Shown here piece after piece: positions 50,387 to 60,580 of a DNA stretch of 64,000 nt; position 1 is the first letter of the stretch, and the number at the start of each line of letters is the position of its first letter. Source of the stretch: a virus; IMG/VR virus record IMGVR_UViG_3300002461_000812, positions 1 through 64,000 of that record; one strand, given 5' to 3'. The notes under the pieces were generated by a model. That model was given only the letters and a program-made list of their open reading frames with translations, was not told where the DNA came from and made no database searches. Position numbers and translations under genes: made by a program.

Positions 50387-51672
50387 GCGACGACAAGAAG
50401 AAGAAGCAGGAAGACGCAGACGACGACGCCAGGTTCGACCACCTGGTTCCAGTCACCGGCGGTCTCATTCAGACCGAGGTGGTCGAGGAAGACGAGTCGG
50501 ATCTCATCCGGCACCGCATCCAGGAGATCACGCGCAGGGTGGACGAGAACCGCCTGGAGCTTGGCGCGCTCTTCTTCCGGGTCCGACTGAACGCGATCTA
50601 CGGCAGGTGGAAGAGCCCGGTCACCGGGAAGGCGTATCAGACCTGGGAGGAGTACGTGGACACGGAGAGCGCGTTCTCCGTCCGGTCCATCCAGCACATG
50701 GTTGCGATGTGGTGGTGGTTCTCCGAGCTGACGGCCTTCCCTCAGATCCGGCAGCGCATCAACGAGATCGGCTGGGGCAAGGCTCGCATCCTCGTGGGGC
50801 TCGCCGACGACACGAACTACGAGGCGTGGTTCGACCTGGCGAAGGAGACGCCCCAGGCCAAGCTGGCGGTCAGCGCCAGGGCGGCGATGGACAAGGTCGG
50901 CATCCCGCGCCGGCCCAGCATCGGCGTGGCGAGGCCGGACCCGAAGGGGATCCTCCCCCCGAACGCGACCACGCCCGCGCCCGCGGAGGGCGTCGACACG
51001 AAGGTCGAGACGAAGGCGACCGTCTCCGCCGATGGAGTTGTCGCGGAGCTGGCCGGGGACGTGATCGTTTCGCCGGTCAACGCGGCTCCCGTCAACGCGA
51101 CGCCGACGGCCCCGCTGGGGGAGAGCGAGCGGAAGGGTGTGGACGTTCCTACTGGGGCGGACCTGGACGCGTACGCCGAGAAGCGGATTCCCTGGAAGTG
51201 CCTCATGGACGCGGCCCAGTCGAAGCACGTCGATGAGGCGGTCAAGGTGACGTACGACGTGCTCCGGGACACCGGGGCCATGAAGGACAGGCCGGCGAGC
51301 GCGGACGTTGGGCGCGGGATGGCGCTGGAGATGATGGCCACCCACTTCCTGTCGTTCTACTCGGGCGCCAACGCGGTCAACAAGGGCGTGCGCAGCCGGA
51401 TCTTCTTCGGCGACATCGCGAGGGGCCTGGAGAAGAACTTCGAGGTCGATGCCTTGCTCATCGATCGGAAGACGGGCGAGGTGCTTCACGGTATCCAGGG
51501 CACCGGGGACAAGGTCTTCGAGTCCCTGGAGAAGCGGCTCGGCGTGCAGATCGTGGCCCTCAAGGCAGGAACCCACGAGTGCGTCTACGGCTACGACAGC
51601 CTGACGCGCATCGTGAGCGGCAGCGAAGAAGAGTCAGAGGAGCCCGAAGAGGGCGGAGGAGAAGAGTCATGA
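50383..51672 (+). CDS. hypothetical protein (429 aa)
   Basis: ORF track with an ATGA overlap. The N-terminal region is loosely DUF3102-like (W..W.EYV...S.RS.QHMV). Confidence 0.7.
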   Translation: MSDDKKKKQEDADDDARFDHLVPVTGGLIQTEVVEEDESDLIRHRIQEITRRVDENRLELGALFFRVRLNAIYGRWKSPVTGKAYQTWEEYVDTESAFSVRSIQHMVAMWWWFSELTAFPQIRQRINEIGWGKARILVGLADDTNYEAWFDLAKETPQAKLAVSARAAMDKVGIPRRPSIGVARPDPKGILPPNATTPAPAEGVDTKVETKATVSADGVVAELAGDVIVSPVNAAPVNATPTAPLGESERKGVDVPTGADLDAYAEKRIPWKCLMDAAQSKHVDEAVKVTYDVLRDTGAMKDRPASADVGRGMALEMMATHFLSFYSGANAVNKGVRSRIFFGDIARGLEKNFEVDALLIDRKTGEVLHGIQGTGDKVFESLEKRLGVQIVALKAGTHECVYGYDSLTRIVSGSEEESEEPEEGGGEES

Positions 51673-51911
51673 ACGTTTCTAGGGAGTTCGCCATCGATCA
51701 GCTCAAGGCAGTCCGCAAGACCCTCGGGGACTGGGTCAGAGACCTGGAGAAGCCCACCGTGGTCGGGCCGGACGGCAAGGATGTCGAGGTGTACCAGGGG
51801 GAAGTGCCCCAGGGGCTCTCGGTCTCCTCGATCGACGGCGTCCCGTCCGAGCAGCTCAGGGCCGAGTTGATCGCCATGGCCGGCATCCTGGAGGCGCTCG
51901 CCACCAGCTAA
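51669..51911 (+). CDS. hypothetical protein (80 aa)
   Basis: Internal ATG 51669 of ORF 51579..51911 with an ATGA overlap. Confidence 0.6.
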   Translation: MNVSREFAIDQLKAVRKTLGDWVRDLEKPTVVGPDGKDVEVYQGEVPQGLSVSSIDGVPSEQLRAELIAMAGILEALATS

Positions 51912-51966
51912 GATGACGAAACTTGCCTGATAAGTAGGGGTCGTGCATCATGAGTGACAAGCAGAG

Positions 51967-52755
51967 ATGCGCAACAAGCCTACCATCCCGCAACTCATAG
52001 AGAATCTATCGTTTGTCAAGGCGATTGACCTCATGCTTCTGGAGGGTGTGTCGGCCACCAACGTGGCCAAGTTCATCCACGACGACCAGAAGGCCCTCGT
52101 CGAGATCAAGCCCAAGGCGCTCATCAACGCCTTGGCGGCCCGCAAGGAAGCCCTGGTCGCGGAGGCGGTAGAGAAGTCGTCCGAGCAGACGCGCCGGTGG
52201 TTCGACACCGAGGTCAAGTCGACCCCGAAGGTCACCACGGTCCCTGACGAGACCGAGGCCGACGACGACGAAGAAGACGAGGGGGAGGACCACCAGGCGG
52301 TGGTCCTCCAGTTCCCCGGCGGAGAGAAGGTCGGCGGGGAACCGCTTCCCAAGATGATCCCGAGCGCCGTCTCCAGGCGGATCTACGAACGCCACATCAA
52401 GGGCGGCATCGACGAGTTGGTCGAACTGGAGGCGCTCTACCGGACGCAAGTCCATCGGCTCGATCGGCTGATCGCGATGGAGGAGAGCAAGAACGGCTAC
52501 ATCGAGAACCTCGACAAGGGGATCAAGGTGGCCAACGATCTGCTCATGGCTCGCGTCGCGGTGAAGAAGGAGTTCGGTCTCATCGACGGCGACCAGAAGT
52601 TCCGCGAGCAGCTCGACATCAAGGGCTACTCGGAGAAGACGGTCAAGACGCTCGCCAATCCTGAGTCGCGCCATCGCGTCGTTGTCCTCATGGAGAAGCT
52701 GGCCAAGCTCGAAGAACGCAAGCGGGCTCGACGATCGGGATCGTCAGAGGGGTGA
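51967..52755 (+). CDS. putative terminase small subunit
   Basis: Called only from position (immediately upstream of terL), size, N-terminal HTH-like region and coiled coil. Confidence 0.5.
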   Translation: MRNKPTIPQLIENLSFVKAIDLMLLEGVSATNVAKFIHDDQKALVEIKPKALINALAARKEALVAEAVEKSSEQTRRWFDTEVKSTPKVTTVPDETEADDDEEDEGEDHQAVVLQFPGGEKVGGEPLPKMIPSAVSRRIYERHIKGGIDELVELEALYRTQVHRLDRLIAMEESKNGYIENLDKGIKVANDLLMARVAVKKEFGLIDGDQKFREQLDIKGYSEKTVKTLANPESRHRVVVLMEKLAKLEERKRARRSGSSEG

Positions 52756-52758
52756 TGA

Positions 52759-54864
52759 GTGCCCATTCTCGACGACAAGGGGCGGCCTCGCTCGGTTCGG
52801 ACCGAAGACGAGGAAGAGGAACTTCTTCTCGAACAGATCTCGCGTCTCCCGCCTGACGAACAAGAGGCGCTTCGAGAGGTCCACGACATCGCCATCGCCG
52901 GTCGGTGGGGCGAGTACGAGCAGCTTGCCGAGATCGAGTACGCCCGCAAGCCGGTGGGCATCGAGACGTTCCTGACGGACCCGTACTTCCTCGGGGAGAG
53001 CGGCAACTCGCTCTGGCCGCGATTGCGGGCCGACATGATCGAGCTGTTCGAGGGCGACTACTACGAGGGGGTGCTCGGTGGCTCGATCGGATGGGGCAAG
53101 AGCTTCTTCGCGACCTGCGCGATGGCCTACACCATCTACCAGATGTCGTGCCTGCGGAACCCGCAGAAGACATACGGCATCGACTCGGGGTCGTTCATCT
53201 ACATCGCCATGCTGAGCGTCACCGAGAAGGTGGCCCGTCGCGTGGCGGTCAACGAGCTGATCGGCAAGATCGAGCACTCGCGGTACTTCAAGGAGCACTT
53301 CCCGCTCAAGGCCGCGCCGTCGCAGTTGGAGATCAAGTTCCCCAACCAGATCCAGGTCGTGGCCGGTTCGACCGGAAGCTCGGCCATCATCGGCCTCAAC
53401 GTCTTCGCCGGGTTCATCGACGAGTCGAGCTTCATGGGCGACGCCAAGGAGGTCGATCGCTCTGGCAAGTTCATCGCCGCGGACAACGGCGAGAAGATCT
53501 ACAAGTCGATCATCCGCCGCATGAAGTCACGCTTCCAGCGTGCGGGACGGTTGCCGGGCGTGCTCCTGACCGTCAGCTCGAAGGAGCGCCCAGGTGCCTT
53601 CATCGAGAAGCGGGTGCGCGAGGCTCGTGAGCAAGGCGACCAGCACTTCTTCGTTCGGGAGTACGCGACGTGGGACGTGAAGCCGGCCGAGTTCTTCTCG
53701 GCGGAGACGTTCAAGGTCGTCGCCGGCAACGACAAGATCCAGAGCCGCATCCTCACCTCTGGCGATCCGAAGGAAGAGGAGCGGTACAGGGAACTCGGCC
53801 TCCAGGTCATCGACGTGCCGGTGGACTACCGGTCCGACTTCGAGCGAGACATCGACGGCTCGCTGCGCGACGTGGCGGGCATCGCAACCGAGTCGGTCAG
53901 CCCGTTCATGCAGCGGACCGACACCATCTTCGATGCGGCCGACCCGGCGCTGCCGATGGGCACCAGGGATGAGGACGGGACGCCCATCGAGGAGTGGGTG
54001 GCGAACCGTCCGCTCCAGATCCACTGGCCGTCGATCGCCGTGCAGTTCGAGCGGAAGCTGGCGGGCGGGTTCGTCGAGGTCGGCTGGAGGCCACTGCGCC
54101 ACCCGAACGCCATCCGCTACGTCCACATCGACGCCTCGCTCACCGGGGACGCGACGGGCCTGGCCATCGGGCACATCGCCAACTGGACCGAGGTCGTTCG
54201 GAGGGCCTTCGGCGGGGACGAGTACACCGAGCTGGCGCCGGTGCTGGAGACCGACCTTCTGCTCCGGATCATCCCCCCGCCTGGCGACGAGATCTTGCTC
54301 TCTGACGTGCGAAACATCGTCTACCAGTACATCGAGCACGGCTTCCAGGTCGGCTACGTCTCGATGGACCAGTACCAGTCCGCCGACTCGCTCCAGCAGT
54401 TCCGGAAGCGAGGAATCGAGGCCGAGTTGGTGTCCGTGGATCGGACCACCGAGCCCTACGATGTACTCAAGGGTGCGTTCTACGAGAAGCGGATCCGTAC
54501 CCAGGCTCACGCCTACCTCGCCATCGAACTGAGGAACCTCCAGCGGGTTCCCACCTCCGGCGGTCGGGTGAAGATCGACCACCCGAAGCTCATGACCGGG
54601 CCGAAGGGGAACCAGGTCCGAGGCACAAAGGACCTCGCCGACGCCCTGGCCGGCCTCGTCTACGGCATCACCCAGCGGAGCCCCGGACGACCGATCCCGC
54701 CCATGCTCGGGACGAGCGACTCGGCTACGTCCGACAAGAAAGACGATCCCTCGTGGGTCACCGGTGGATCGGTCATGGTAGGAGAGGACTCTGGCAGAAA
54801 CCCCTCCCGAGGCGGTATGGTGAAGCCCGGTGGAGGTCCCCCCCTCCCGTTCGTCAAGGGGTAA
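52759..54864 (+). CDS. terL: terminase large subunit
   Basis: Walker A GGSIGWGKS, Walker B FAGFIDESSF, nuclease-domain VHIDASLTGDATGLAIGH. Confidence 0.9.
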   Translation: MPILDDKGRPRSVRTEDEEEELLLEQISRLPPDEQEALREVHDIAIAGRWGEYEQLAEIEYARKPVGIETFLTDPYFLGESGNSLWPRLRADMIELFEGDYYEGVLGGSIGWGKSFFATCAMAYTIYQMSCLRNPQKTYGIDSGSFIYIAMLSVTEKVARRVAVNELIGKIEHSRYFKEHFPLKAAPSQLEIKFPNQIQVVAGSTGSSAIIGLNVFAGFIDESSFMGDAKEVDRSGKFIAADNGEKIYKSIIRRMKSRFQRAGRLPGVLLTVSSKERPGAFIEKRVREAREQGDQHFFVREYATWDVKPAEFFSAETFKVVAGNDKIQSRILTSGDPKEEERYRELGLQVIDVPVDYRSDFERDIDGSLRDVAGIATESVSPFMQRTDTIFDAADPALPMGTRDEDGTPIEEWVANRPLQIHWPSIAVQFERKLAGGFVEVGWRPLRHPNAIRYVHIDASLTGDATGLAIGHIANWTEVVRRAFGGDEYTELAPVLETDLLLRIIPPPGDEILLSDVRNIVYQYIEHGFQVGYVSMDQYQSADSLQQFRKRGIEAELVSVDRTTEPYDVLKGAFYEKRIRTQAHAYLAIELRNLQRVPTSGGRVKIDHPKLMTGPKGNQVRGTKDLADALAGLVYGITQRSPGRPIPPMLGTSDSATSDKKDDPSWVTGGSVMVGEDSGRNPSRGGMVKPGGGPPLPFVKG

Positions 54865-54865
54865 C

Positions 54866-56701
54866 GTGGCAAGTAAGCAGCGCTCCCTCAGTGAGGGTTT
54901 CATCCAACAGGTCGGCCAAGGGATTCGGCGTTTTTTCGCCCGATCCCCGGAGGTCGTTGCGGCCGACCTGCGTCGCGGTGGAATGCCGTCCGTGGAGCGC
55001 GCCGGGCTCCCGTTCAACCTAGCGTCGGCCTTCGGGCACGATGGTCTCGCGGAGCACCTGCGGATCGACCAGGATCTCATGGCCCGCTACGCGGACTACG
55101 AGGAGATGGACGAGTACCCGGAGATCAGCTCCGCGTTCGACATCTACGCCGACGACTCGACCATGCCGGACATGGAGGAGTCCAAGTCGATCTGGGTCAC
55201 GTCCGAGAACGAACAGGTCGCCAAGGAACTCGACATGGTCCTGCACAAGCGGATCATGGTCGAGGACGACATCTGGGGGCTGAACCGGACGCTCGGGAAG
55301 TACGGCAACGCCTACGGCGAACTGATCATCGCCGAGCAGGGTCTCGTCGGCATCAACTACCTGCCCCCGCCGACCTGCCGTCGCGTCGAGGACCCCAAGG
55401 GCAAGCTACTCGGGTTCGTGCAGGACGTGCGCGGCGAGTTCAACCTCTCCTTGGAGGACTTCTACCAGATCGCCAAGGAGCAGAACGGAGGGTCGAACCT
55501 TCGTGGCCGCGGGCCAGGCGAGATGACGGTCTTCGAGGACTGGGAGCTGATCCACTGGCGCTTGCGCGGCAAGCACATGCGGTCGGTCTACGGCCACGGC
55601 GTGGCGGACCCGGCGCGGTGGGTCTGGAAGCGGCTCGCCCTCCTGGAGGATGCGATCCTCATCTACAAGCTCTCGCGCGCGCCCGCGCGGTACGCCTTCT
55701 ACATCGACGTGGGCGAGCTGGATAACGTCCGCGGCCTCGCGTACGTGAACCAGGTCAAGAACAACTTCATCAAGAAGAAGTTCATGAACCCCCAGACGGG
55801 GAAGCTCGACATGCGGCACAACCCGCTGTCGATGGACGAGGACTTCTTCGTCCCGTCCCGCAACGGCAAGGACTCGACGCGCATCGAGGTGCTCCAGGGC
55901 CCCGACTACGCCGAGGTGGACACGCTGGAGTACCACCGGGACAAGCTGGTCGCGGGCCTCAAGGTGCCCAAGACCTACCTCGGCTTCGGAGGGGAATCGA
56001 CGCGGGCCTCTCTCTCGTCCGAGGACATCCGGTTCGCGCGCACCGTCATGCGGATTCAGCGTGAGACGAGGTCCGGGTTCCGGCGCGCACTGCGGGTGCA
56101 TCTCGTGGCCATCGGGGCGGACGCCGAGCGGCTCGACTTCGATGTCCAGATGTCGGTCCCGTCGGCCATCCTGGAGCTGGCGAAGCTGGAGGTCCTGAGC
56201 GCGACGGCTGACGTGGCGCAGCGCATGGGCGAGCAGGTGAGCACTCGATGGATCCTCACGAAGCTCTACAAGTTCTCTGAGGAAGAGGCCGCCAAGCTCA
56301 TGGACGAGCGCGAAGAAGAGCAGCTCCGCAGGGGCGAGGCGGACGCCAACATCATGGCGATGCAGGCCCAGGCCCAGCAGGGCGGCGAGGGTGGCGAAGG
56401 GGCTCCGCCGGAGGACGAAGAGGGGCAGGATGGCGGCCCCGAACAGCAGGTTGCCTCGGCAAAGAGGCCGAACAAGAAGGCCCTGGCCGAGCGCAAGAGC
56501 GGGCACCCGTGGAGGGGCAAGCGGCTCTCCGAGATCATGATCGCGCGTCGCGACAACTGGCGCGCCGAGTTCGAGGGCAAGAGCCCCGGCCGCTACGGCG
56601 AGGACAAGCTCGCGGGCATCTTGAAGAACGACAAGGCGCTCGGTCGCCGTCTCAAGTCGATCGAGGGTATGCTCGGGGACATCCAGAACACGTTGCGGTG
56701 A
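54866..56701 (+). CDS. portal protein
   Basis: 611 aa, directly after terL and upstream of the protease and capsid genes. GTG 54866 lies 2 nt after the terL stop. Acidic C-terminus. Confidence 0.7.
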   Translation: MASKQRSLSEGFIQQVGQGIRRFFARSPEVVAADLRRGGMPSVERAGLPFNLASAFGHDGLAEHLRIDQDLMARYADYEEMDEYPEISSAFDIYADDSTMPDMEESKSIWVTSENEQVAKELDMVLHKRIMVEDDIWGLNRTLGKYGNAYGELIIAEQGLVGINYLPPPTCRRVEDPKGKLLGFVQDVRGEFNLSLEDFYQIAKEQNGGSNLRGRGPGEMTVFEDWELIHWRLRGKHMRSVYGHGVADPARWVWKRLALLEDAILIYKLSRAPARYAFYIDVGELDNVRGLAYVNQVKNNFIKKKFMNPQTGKLDMRHNPLSMDEDFFVPSRNGKDSTRIEVLQGPDYAEVDTLEYHRDKLVAGLKVPKTYLGFGGESTRASLSSEDIRFARTVMRIQRETRSGFRRALRVHLVAIGADAERLDFDVQMSVPSAILELAKLEVLSATADVAQRMGEQVSTRWILTKLYKFSEEEAAKLMDEREEEQLRRGEADANIMAMQAQAQQGGEGGEGAPPEDEEGQDGGPEQQVASAKRPNKKALAERKSGHPWRGKRLSEIMIARRDNWRAEFEGKSPGRYGEDKLAGILKNDKALGRRLKSIEGMLGDIQNTLR

Positions 56702-56805
56702 AACAACCCGTCGTGACGTGACAATACGCGAACTGACCATACTTGACAGGCCAAGTGTCCGAGTGCCATACGAAGGACATTCGGCTCGGCGAAGAGGAAC
56801 CTGAC

Positions 56806-57756
56806 ATGGCCACGGAAAAGCTGGTGGATGGCGAGTTTCTCGGAAAGCTCCTTGGGGGCTCTTTCGAGGTCGCCATGGGCGCCGTCGAGGAAGCGGTCTC
56901 CGAGAACACTTCCCTGTTCGGCGGCAGCGACGAGACTCAGGTTCGCGTCATCGGCACCTACTCGGACCACGCCATCGTCGCGAACCGCGAGGGCGAGTTC
57001 TACCGCTGCGAGTGGTCGAACGAGGACGGCGAGATCCAGCTCCGGAACATCCGGCAGATCGACGTGCCGGTCATCGAGGCGGAGGTCCGCCAGTCGGCCA
57101 TCCGCGCGAAGTACGAGGAGGCCGTCGGCGACCTCTTGGAGTGCCGAGCCGACGAGGCCGAGGAGAAGCTCAAGGAGCTGCTCGACTTGGTCAACGGCGG
57201 GGTCCCGATGACGGCCGAGGCTGTCGAGTTCGTCTTCACGGAGAACCGTGAGCGCTTCACCGAGGCGGACTGGGTCCAGATGGTCGTCGAGAAGGAAGCC
57301 GATATCCGGCGCTTCATCGGCGCGGACTCGCTCCGGCTCGACTACCCGAAGGTCCGCTTCGAGCACCTGACCGGCGAGACCATCGACGAGTCGGTCGCCG
57401 AGGCCAAGCGCGACCAGGTCATCGAGTCGCTCAAGGGCGTGCGGTCCTTCCTCGGTCGCATCCACGACCAGACGGCGGGAGCGCGTCAGATCGGTGAGGG
57501 CCATCGCGTCCGTGGATCCGCGGAAGACACGGAGACGGTGGCAGACTTCGTCCAGTTCTCGGCCGGATTCACGGAAGACCTGGACGGTATGATCTCCATC
57601 GTGGACGATGCACTGGCAGTGGCCGAGGACGGGTGCGTCAAGTGCCTGGCTCGGCTTCATGACGGAATCGCCGGTCAGATGCGAGAATGGGCCGTCGCGG
57701 CAGCCTTCGCGGAGAAGATGGCTCGCCGGTTCGAGTCAACCACGAAGGCAGCCTGA
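56806..57756 (+). CDS. hypothetical acidic head-module protein (316 aa)
   Basis: Internal ATG 56806 of ORF 56743..57756, preceded by GAAGAGGAA. Confidence 0.65.
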   Translation: MATEKLVDGEFLGKLLGGSFEVAMGAVEEAVSENTSLFGGSDETQVRVIGTYSDHAIVANREGEFYRCEWSNEDGEIQLRNIRQIDVPVIEAEVRQSAIRAKYEEAVGDLLECRADEAEEKLKELLDLVNGGVPMTAEAVEFVFTENRERFTEADWVQMVVEKEADIRRFIGADSLRLDYPKVRFEHLTGETIDESVAEAKRDQVIESLKGVRSFLGRIHDQTAGARQIGEGHRVRGSAEDTETVADFVQFSAGFTEDLDGMISIVDDALAVAEDGCVKCLARLHDGIAGQMREWAVAAAFAEKMARRFESTTKAA

Positions 57757-57775
57757 GAAGGCACGGAGGATCGAG

Positions 57776-58696
57776 ATGCTGGGCACCAAGATGAAGGTCG
57801 GTTCGCTGGAAGAGGATCTCAAGGAAGTCGGCCTCGACGCCGGGAAGGTTCTCGGCGAGATCGATCGGGTGACCGGTCGTCTCTCGGAGGCTCGGACGAA
57901 CCCCGGAGCGGGCGGTCCGCCCGTCCCAGGCGCAGCTCCCGCGCGTTCCGTCGAGAACCGCGGCCTGTACGAGGGTCGTCAGACCCCCGGCAGCCGCCCC
58001 TCGTCGGCATCGGTGCCGGCACGGGCAGGCGGCAAGGCCCTCACGCTCGCCGAGCAGGCGCGACGTGAACTGAGTGCAGACGGCACGGACCCCGCGGCCA
58101 ACCAGGCCGAGGCGTTCCGCGCGATCAAGAAGAAGCGCAAGTCCGCGGCGATGAAGCTCGCGGCGCGCCTCTACCGCAAGGGCAAGAAGGCCACCCTGCG
58201 CGTCGCGAGCCGGATGTACCGGAAGCGCAACAAGCGCAAGATCCTTCTCCGCGCGAAGAAGAAGCTCAAGAAGTTCGGCGCGAAGATGCTCTCGAAGCTC
58301 CACAAGGCCGGCAAGCGCATCATGATGCAGCATGCCGACACGGCGCTCGCGAACCTCCGCGAGGACCTGAACACGGGCGGCAACGCCGACGAAGCGGTCA
58401 ACTCCTACGAGGAGGCTGCCTTCAACAGCGGGATGCTCGCGATGCACCTCGGCGAGGTGTTCGAGGCGCTCGGTGACAAGGAGTCGGCCGAGACGATGTA
58501 CTCGCTCTCGGACATCGCCTCCGACCTCTCCGAGGATCTCGACAAGGTCGGCGAGGCCGACCTCTCCGAGGGCCAGGAGGAGAAGCTCCGCCGGGTGCTC
58601 GACCAGACGGTCAAGGCCCTGCGCGTGTGGGAGGGCTTCGGCTCGCCCACGCTCTTCCAGGCCATCACCGCTGCCAACCAGGCGGTCGAGGGCTGA
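57776..58696 (+). CDS. hypothetical head-module protein with an extremely basic central segment
   Basis: Internal ATG 57776, preceded by GGAGGA. Contains KKKRKSAAMKLAARLYRKGKKATLRVASRMYRKRNKRKILLRAKKKLKK. Confidence 0.65.
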   Translation: MLGTKMKVGSLEEDLKEVGLDAGKVLGEIDRVTGRLSEARTNPGAGGPPVPGAAPARSVENRGLYEGRQTPGSRPSSASVPARAGGKALTLAEQARRELSADGTDPAANQAEAFRAIKKKRKSAAMKLAARLYRKGKKATLRVASRMYRKRNKRKILLRAKKKLKKFGAKMLSKLHKAGKRIMMQHADTALANLREDLNTGGNADEAVNSYEEAAFNSGMLAMHLGEVFEALGDKESAETMYSLSDIASDLSEDLDKVGEADLSEGQEEKLRRVLDQTVKALRVWEGFGSPTLFQAITAANQAVEG

Positions 58697-58710
58697 GGGA
58701 TGTCCCTGAT

Positions 58711-58739
58711 CCCCCTCTCCCTTCTCCTGGGAGAGGGGG
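58711..58739 (+). terminator. 11-bp GC-rich hairpin after gene 57776-58696 (no U-tract)
   Basis: CCCCCTCTCCC-ttctcct-GGGAGAGGGGG. Confidence 0.45.
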
Positions 58740-58913
58740 CTCGGAAGCGAAGGACGGCGTACTCAAGCGGCAGGCGTGAACTGATCGGCTTCGAGATGCC
58801 AAAGAACGCAACGCCGAAGCGGAAGTCTCCCAAGACGAAGCCCGGCAGACTGATCGCGAGGACGCCATACGCCTACAAGCGTTGGCGCGTGTTCTGAGGA
58901 AAGAGACGACGAC

Positions 58914-60515
58914 ATGGCCAACCAGCTCCTCATCGAGAACGCCCCCTTCACCCTCAAGCTGGAGGAGTCGAAGGACAGTGCCGGCAACGCGCGATACGTC
59001 GTGCGGGGCCAGTTTGCGCGTTCCGACAAGGCGACGGAGAACAAGCGCCTCTACAAGGAGCATCTCTGGAAGCGCGAGATCGGTCGTCTGAACGAGTCGA
59101 TGGCGGCTCGCCGGGCGTTCGGTGAGCTGGATCATCCGGCCGACGGTCGCACGAAGCTCCAGCGCGTCTCCCACCTCATGACCGGCCTCCGGGTCGAGGG
59201 CAACGAGGTGGTCGGCGAGGCCGAGATTCTCGACACGCCGAACGGCCGCATCCTCAAGAGCCTCTTCCAGGCGGGCGCCCAGGTGGGCGTCTCGTCGCGG
59301 GGCTACGGCTCGACCAAGAGCCTCCCCGATGGTGTCGAGGAGGTCCAAGAGGACTTCCGGCTCGACACGTTCGACTTCGTGGCGGACCCCGCCACCAAGA
59401 CGGCGTACCCGAAGGTCTTCCAGGAGGAGCTGGAGCACATCCACCAGGCCGAGAGGGACCTGACCGTGGAGAGCCTCAAGCGCGACTATCCCGGCCTCCT
59501 CAAGGAGATCGCGGAGTCGTCCATCGGTGACGTGGCCAAGGCCATCACCGAGGCGGAGTCGCGCGCGGGCGAGCGTCTCAAGGGCACCTTCCAGGCGCAG
59601 CTTCGGCGCGTCGTGGAGAGCCTGGCCGAGGACGCCTACCGCAAGGCTCGCTCCGACCTGGAGTCGGATCCCGAGGTCGCGGGCGCCAAGCAGGTCTTGG
59701 AGCAGATCGTCTCCATCGTCTCGCCGTTCGGCATGGGCGAGAGGGTCCAGGCCGACATGGCCTCGAAGGACCAGGAGATCGCGTCGCTCCGCTCCAAGCT
59801 CGCCGACCGCGAGCTGGAGGTCCAGAAGTACGCCCGCGAGCAGGCCGAGGTCGAGAAGCTGGCCAAGCGGGCCGGGTACACGCTCCACATGGAGCGCCGC
59901 GTGAGCGACCACCCCTCGAAGGACACGATCACGAAGCTCATCGGCGACGTGGTCTCGTACGCCTCCATCAAGGAGATGGACGAGAAGATCGAGGCGCTCC
60001 TCAAGGAGTTCAAGCACGTCAAGCCGGCGGCGGTCGAAGCGACCGAGCGACACGACGACCTGCTCACCCAGATCGAGGCCCTCAAGACCAAGGTCTCCGC
60101 CTCGGAAGAGAAGGCAGCGACCGCGCTGTCGTCCCGCGACAAGGCTCTGGAGCAGGCACGCGAGGCGACGAAGATCGCCGAGTCGTTCCAGATCCAGCTC
60201 GCCCTGGAGAAGAAGATTGGCGGGCGTCCGGATGCAGCGCGCATCCGCACCCTCGCCGAGTCCAGCAACCTCTCCTCGGAAGAGGACATCGAGAAGCTGC
60301 TCAGGGACATCGCCATGACCCCGTCGGGGGACCTGAGCAGTGAGCAGGCGGTTCGCATCCGCGAGCGCGCTCAGCGTGGCAAGGCTTCGGGGCTCGTGGA
60401 AGACACGGGCTCCAAGAAGAGTGCAGGTAACGGGAACCAGGGGTCCGGACTCCTGGAGCAGGTTGGTCTCAGCGACGAGCAGTTCGACAAGCTCACGGGC
60501 TCCCGCCCCCAGTGA
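58914..60515 (+). CDS. prohead protease (T4 gp21/S77-like) fused to a coiled-coil scaffold-like region
   Basis: N-terminal GELDHPADGRT...VSH...VGVSSRGYGS. The C-terminal ~330 aa are coiled-coil-rich. Lies just upstream of the capsid gene. Confidence 0.65.
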   Translation: MANQLLIENAPFTLKLEESKDSAGNARYVVRGQFARSDKATENKRLYKEHLWKREIGRLNESMAARRAFGELDHPADGRTKLQRVSHLMTGLRVEGNEVVGEAEILDTPNGRILKSLFQAGAQVGVSSRGYGSTKSLPDGVEEVQEDFRLDTFDFVADPATKTAYPKVFQEELEHIHQAERDLTVESLKRDYPGLLKEIAESSIGDVAKAITEAESRAGERLKGTFQAQLRRVVESLAEDAYRKARSDLESDPEVAGAKQVLEQIVSIVSPFGMGERVQADMASKDQEIASLRSKLADRELEVQKYAREQAEVEKLAKRAGYTLHMERRVSDHPSKDTITKLIGDVVSYASIKEMDEKIEALLKEFKHVKPAAVEATERHDDLLTQIEALKTKVSASEEKAATALSSRDKALEQAREATKIAESFQIQLALEKKIGGRPDAARIRTLAESSNLSSEEDIEKLLRDIAMTPSGDLSSEQAVRIRERAQRGKASGLVEDTGSKKSAGNGNQGSGLLEQVGLSDEQFDKLTGSRPQ

Positions 60516-60580
60516 GCCGCGTCGGTAGAAGTAGAAGAGACGCCTGAACAACAACCCGGATTCGGAGGCAAGGAAATATC

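Noticed and set aside
58700-58897. 65-aa basic ORF in the head-operon gap.
   Set aside because: The frame starts inside an 11-bp terminator-like hairpin and has no SD. Third-position GC is about 80 percent, so it is not fully excluded, and it is mentioned in a finding rather than annotated.
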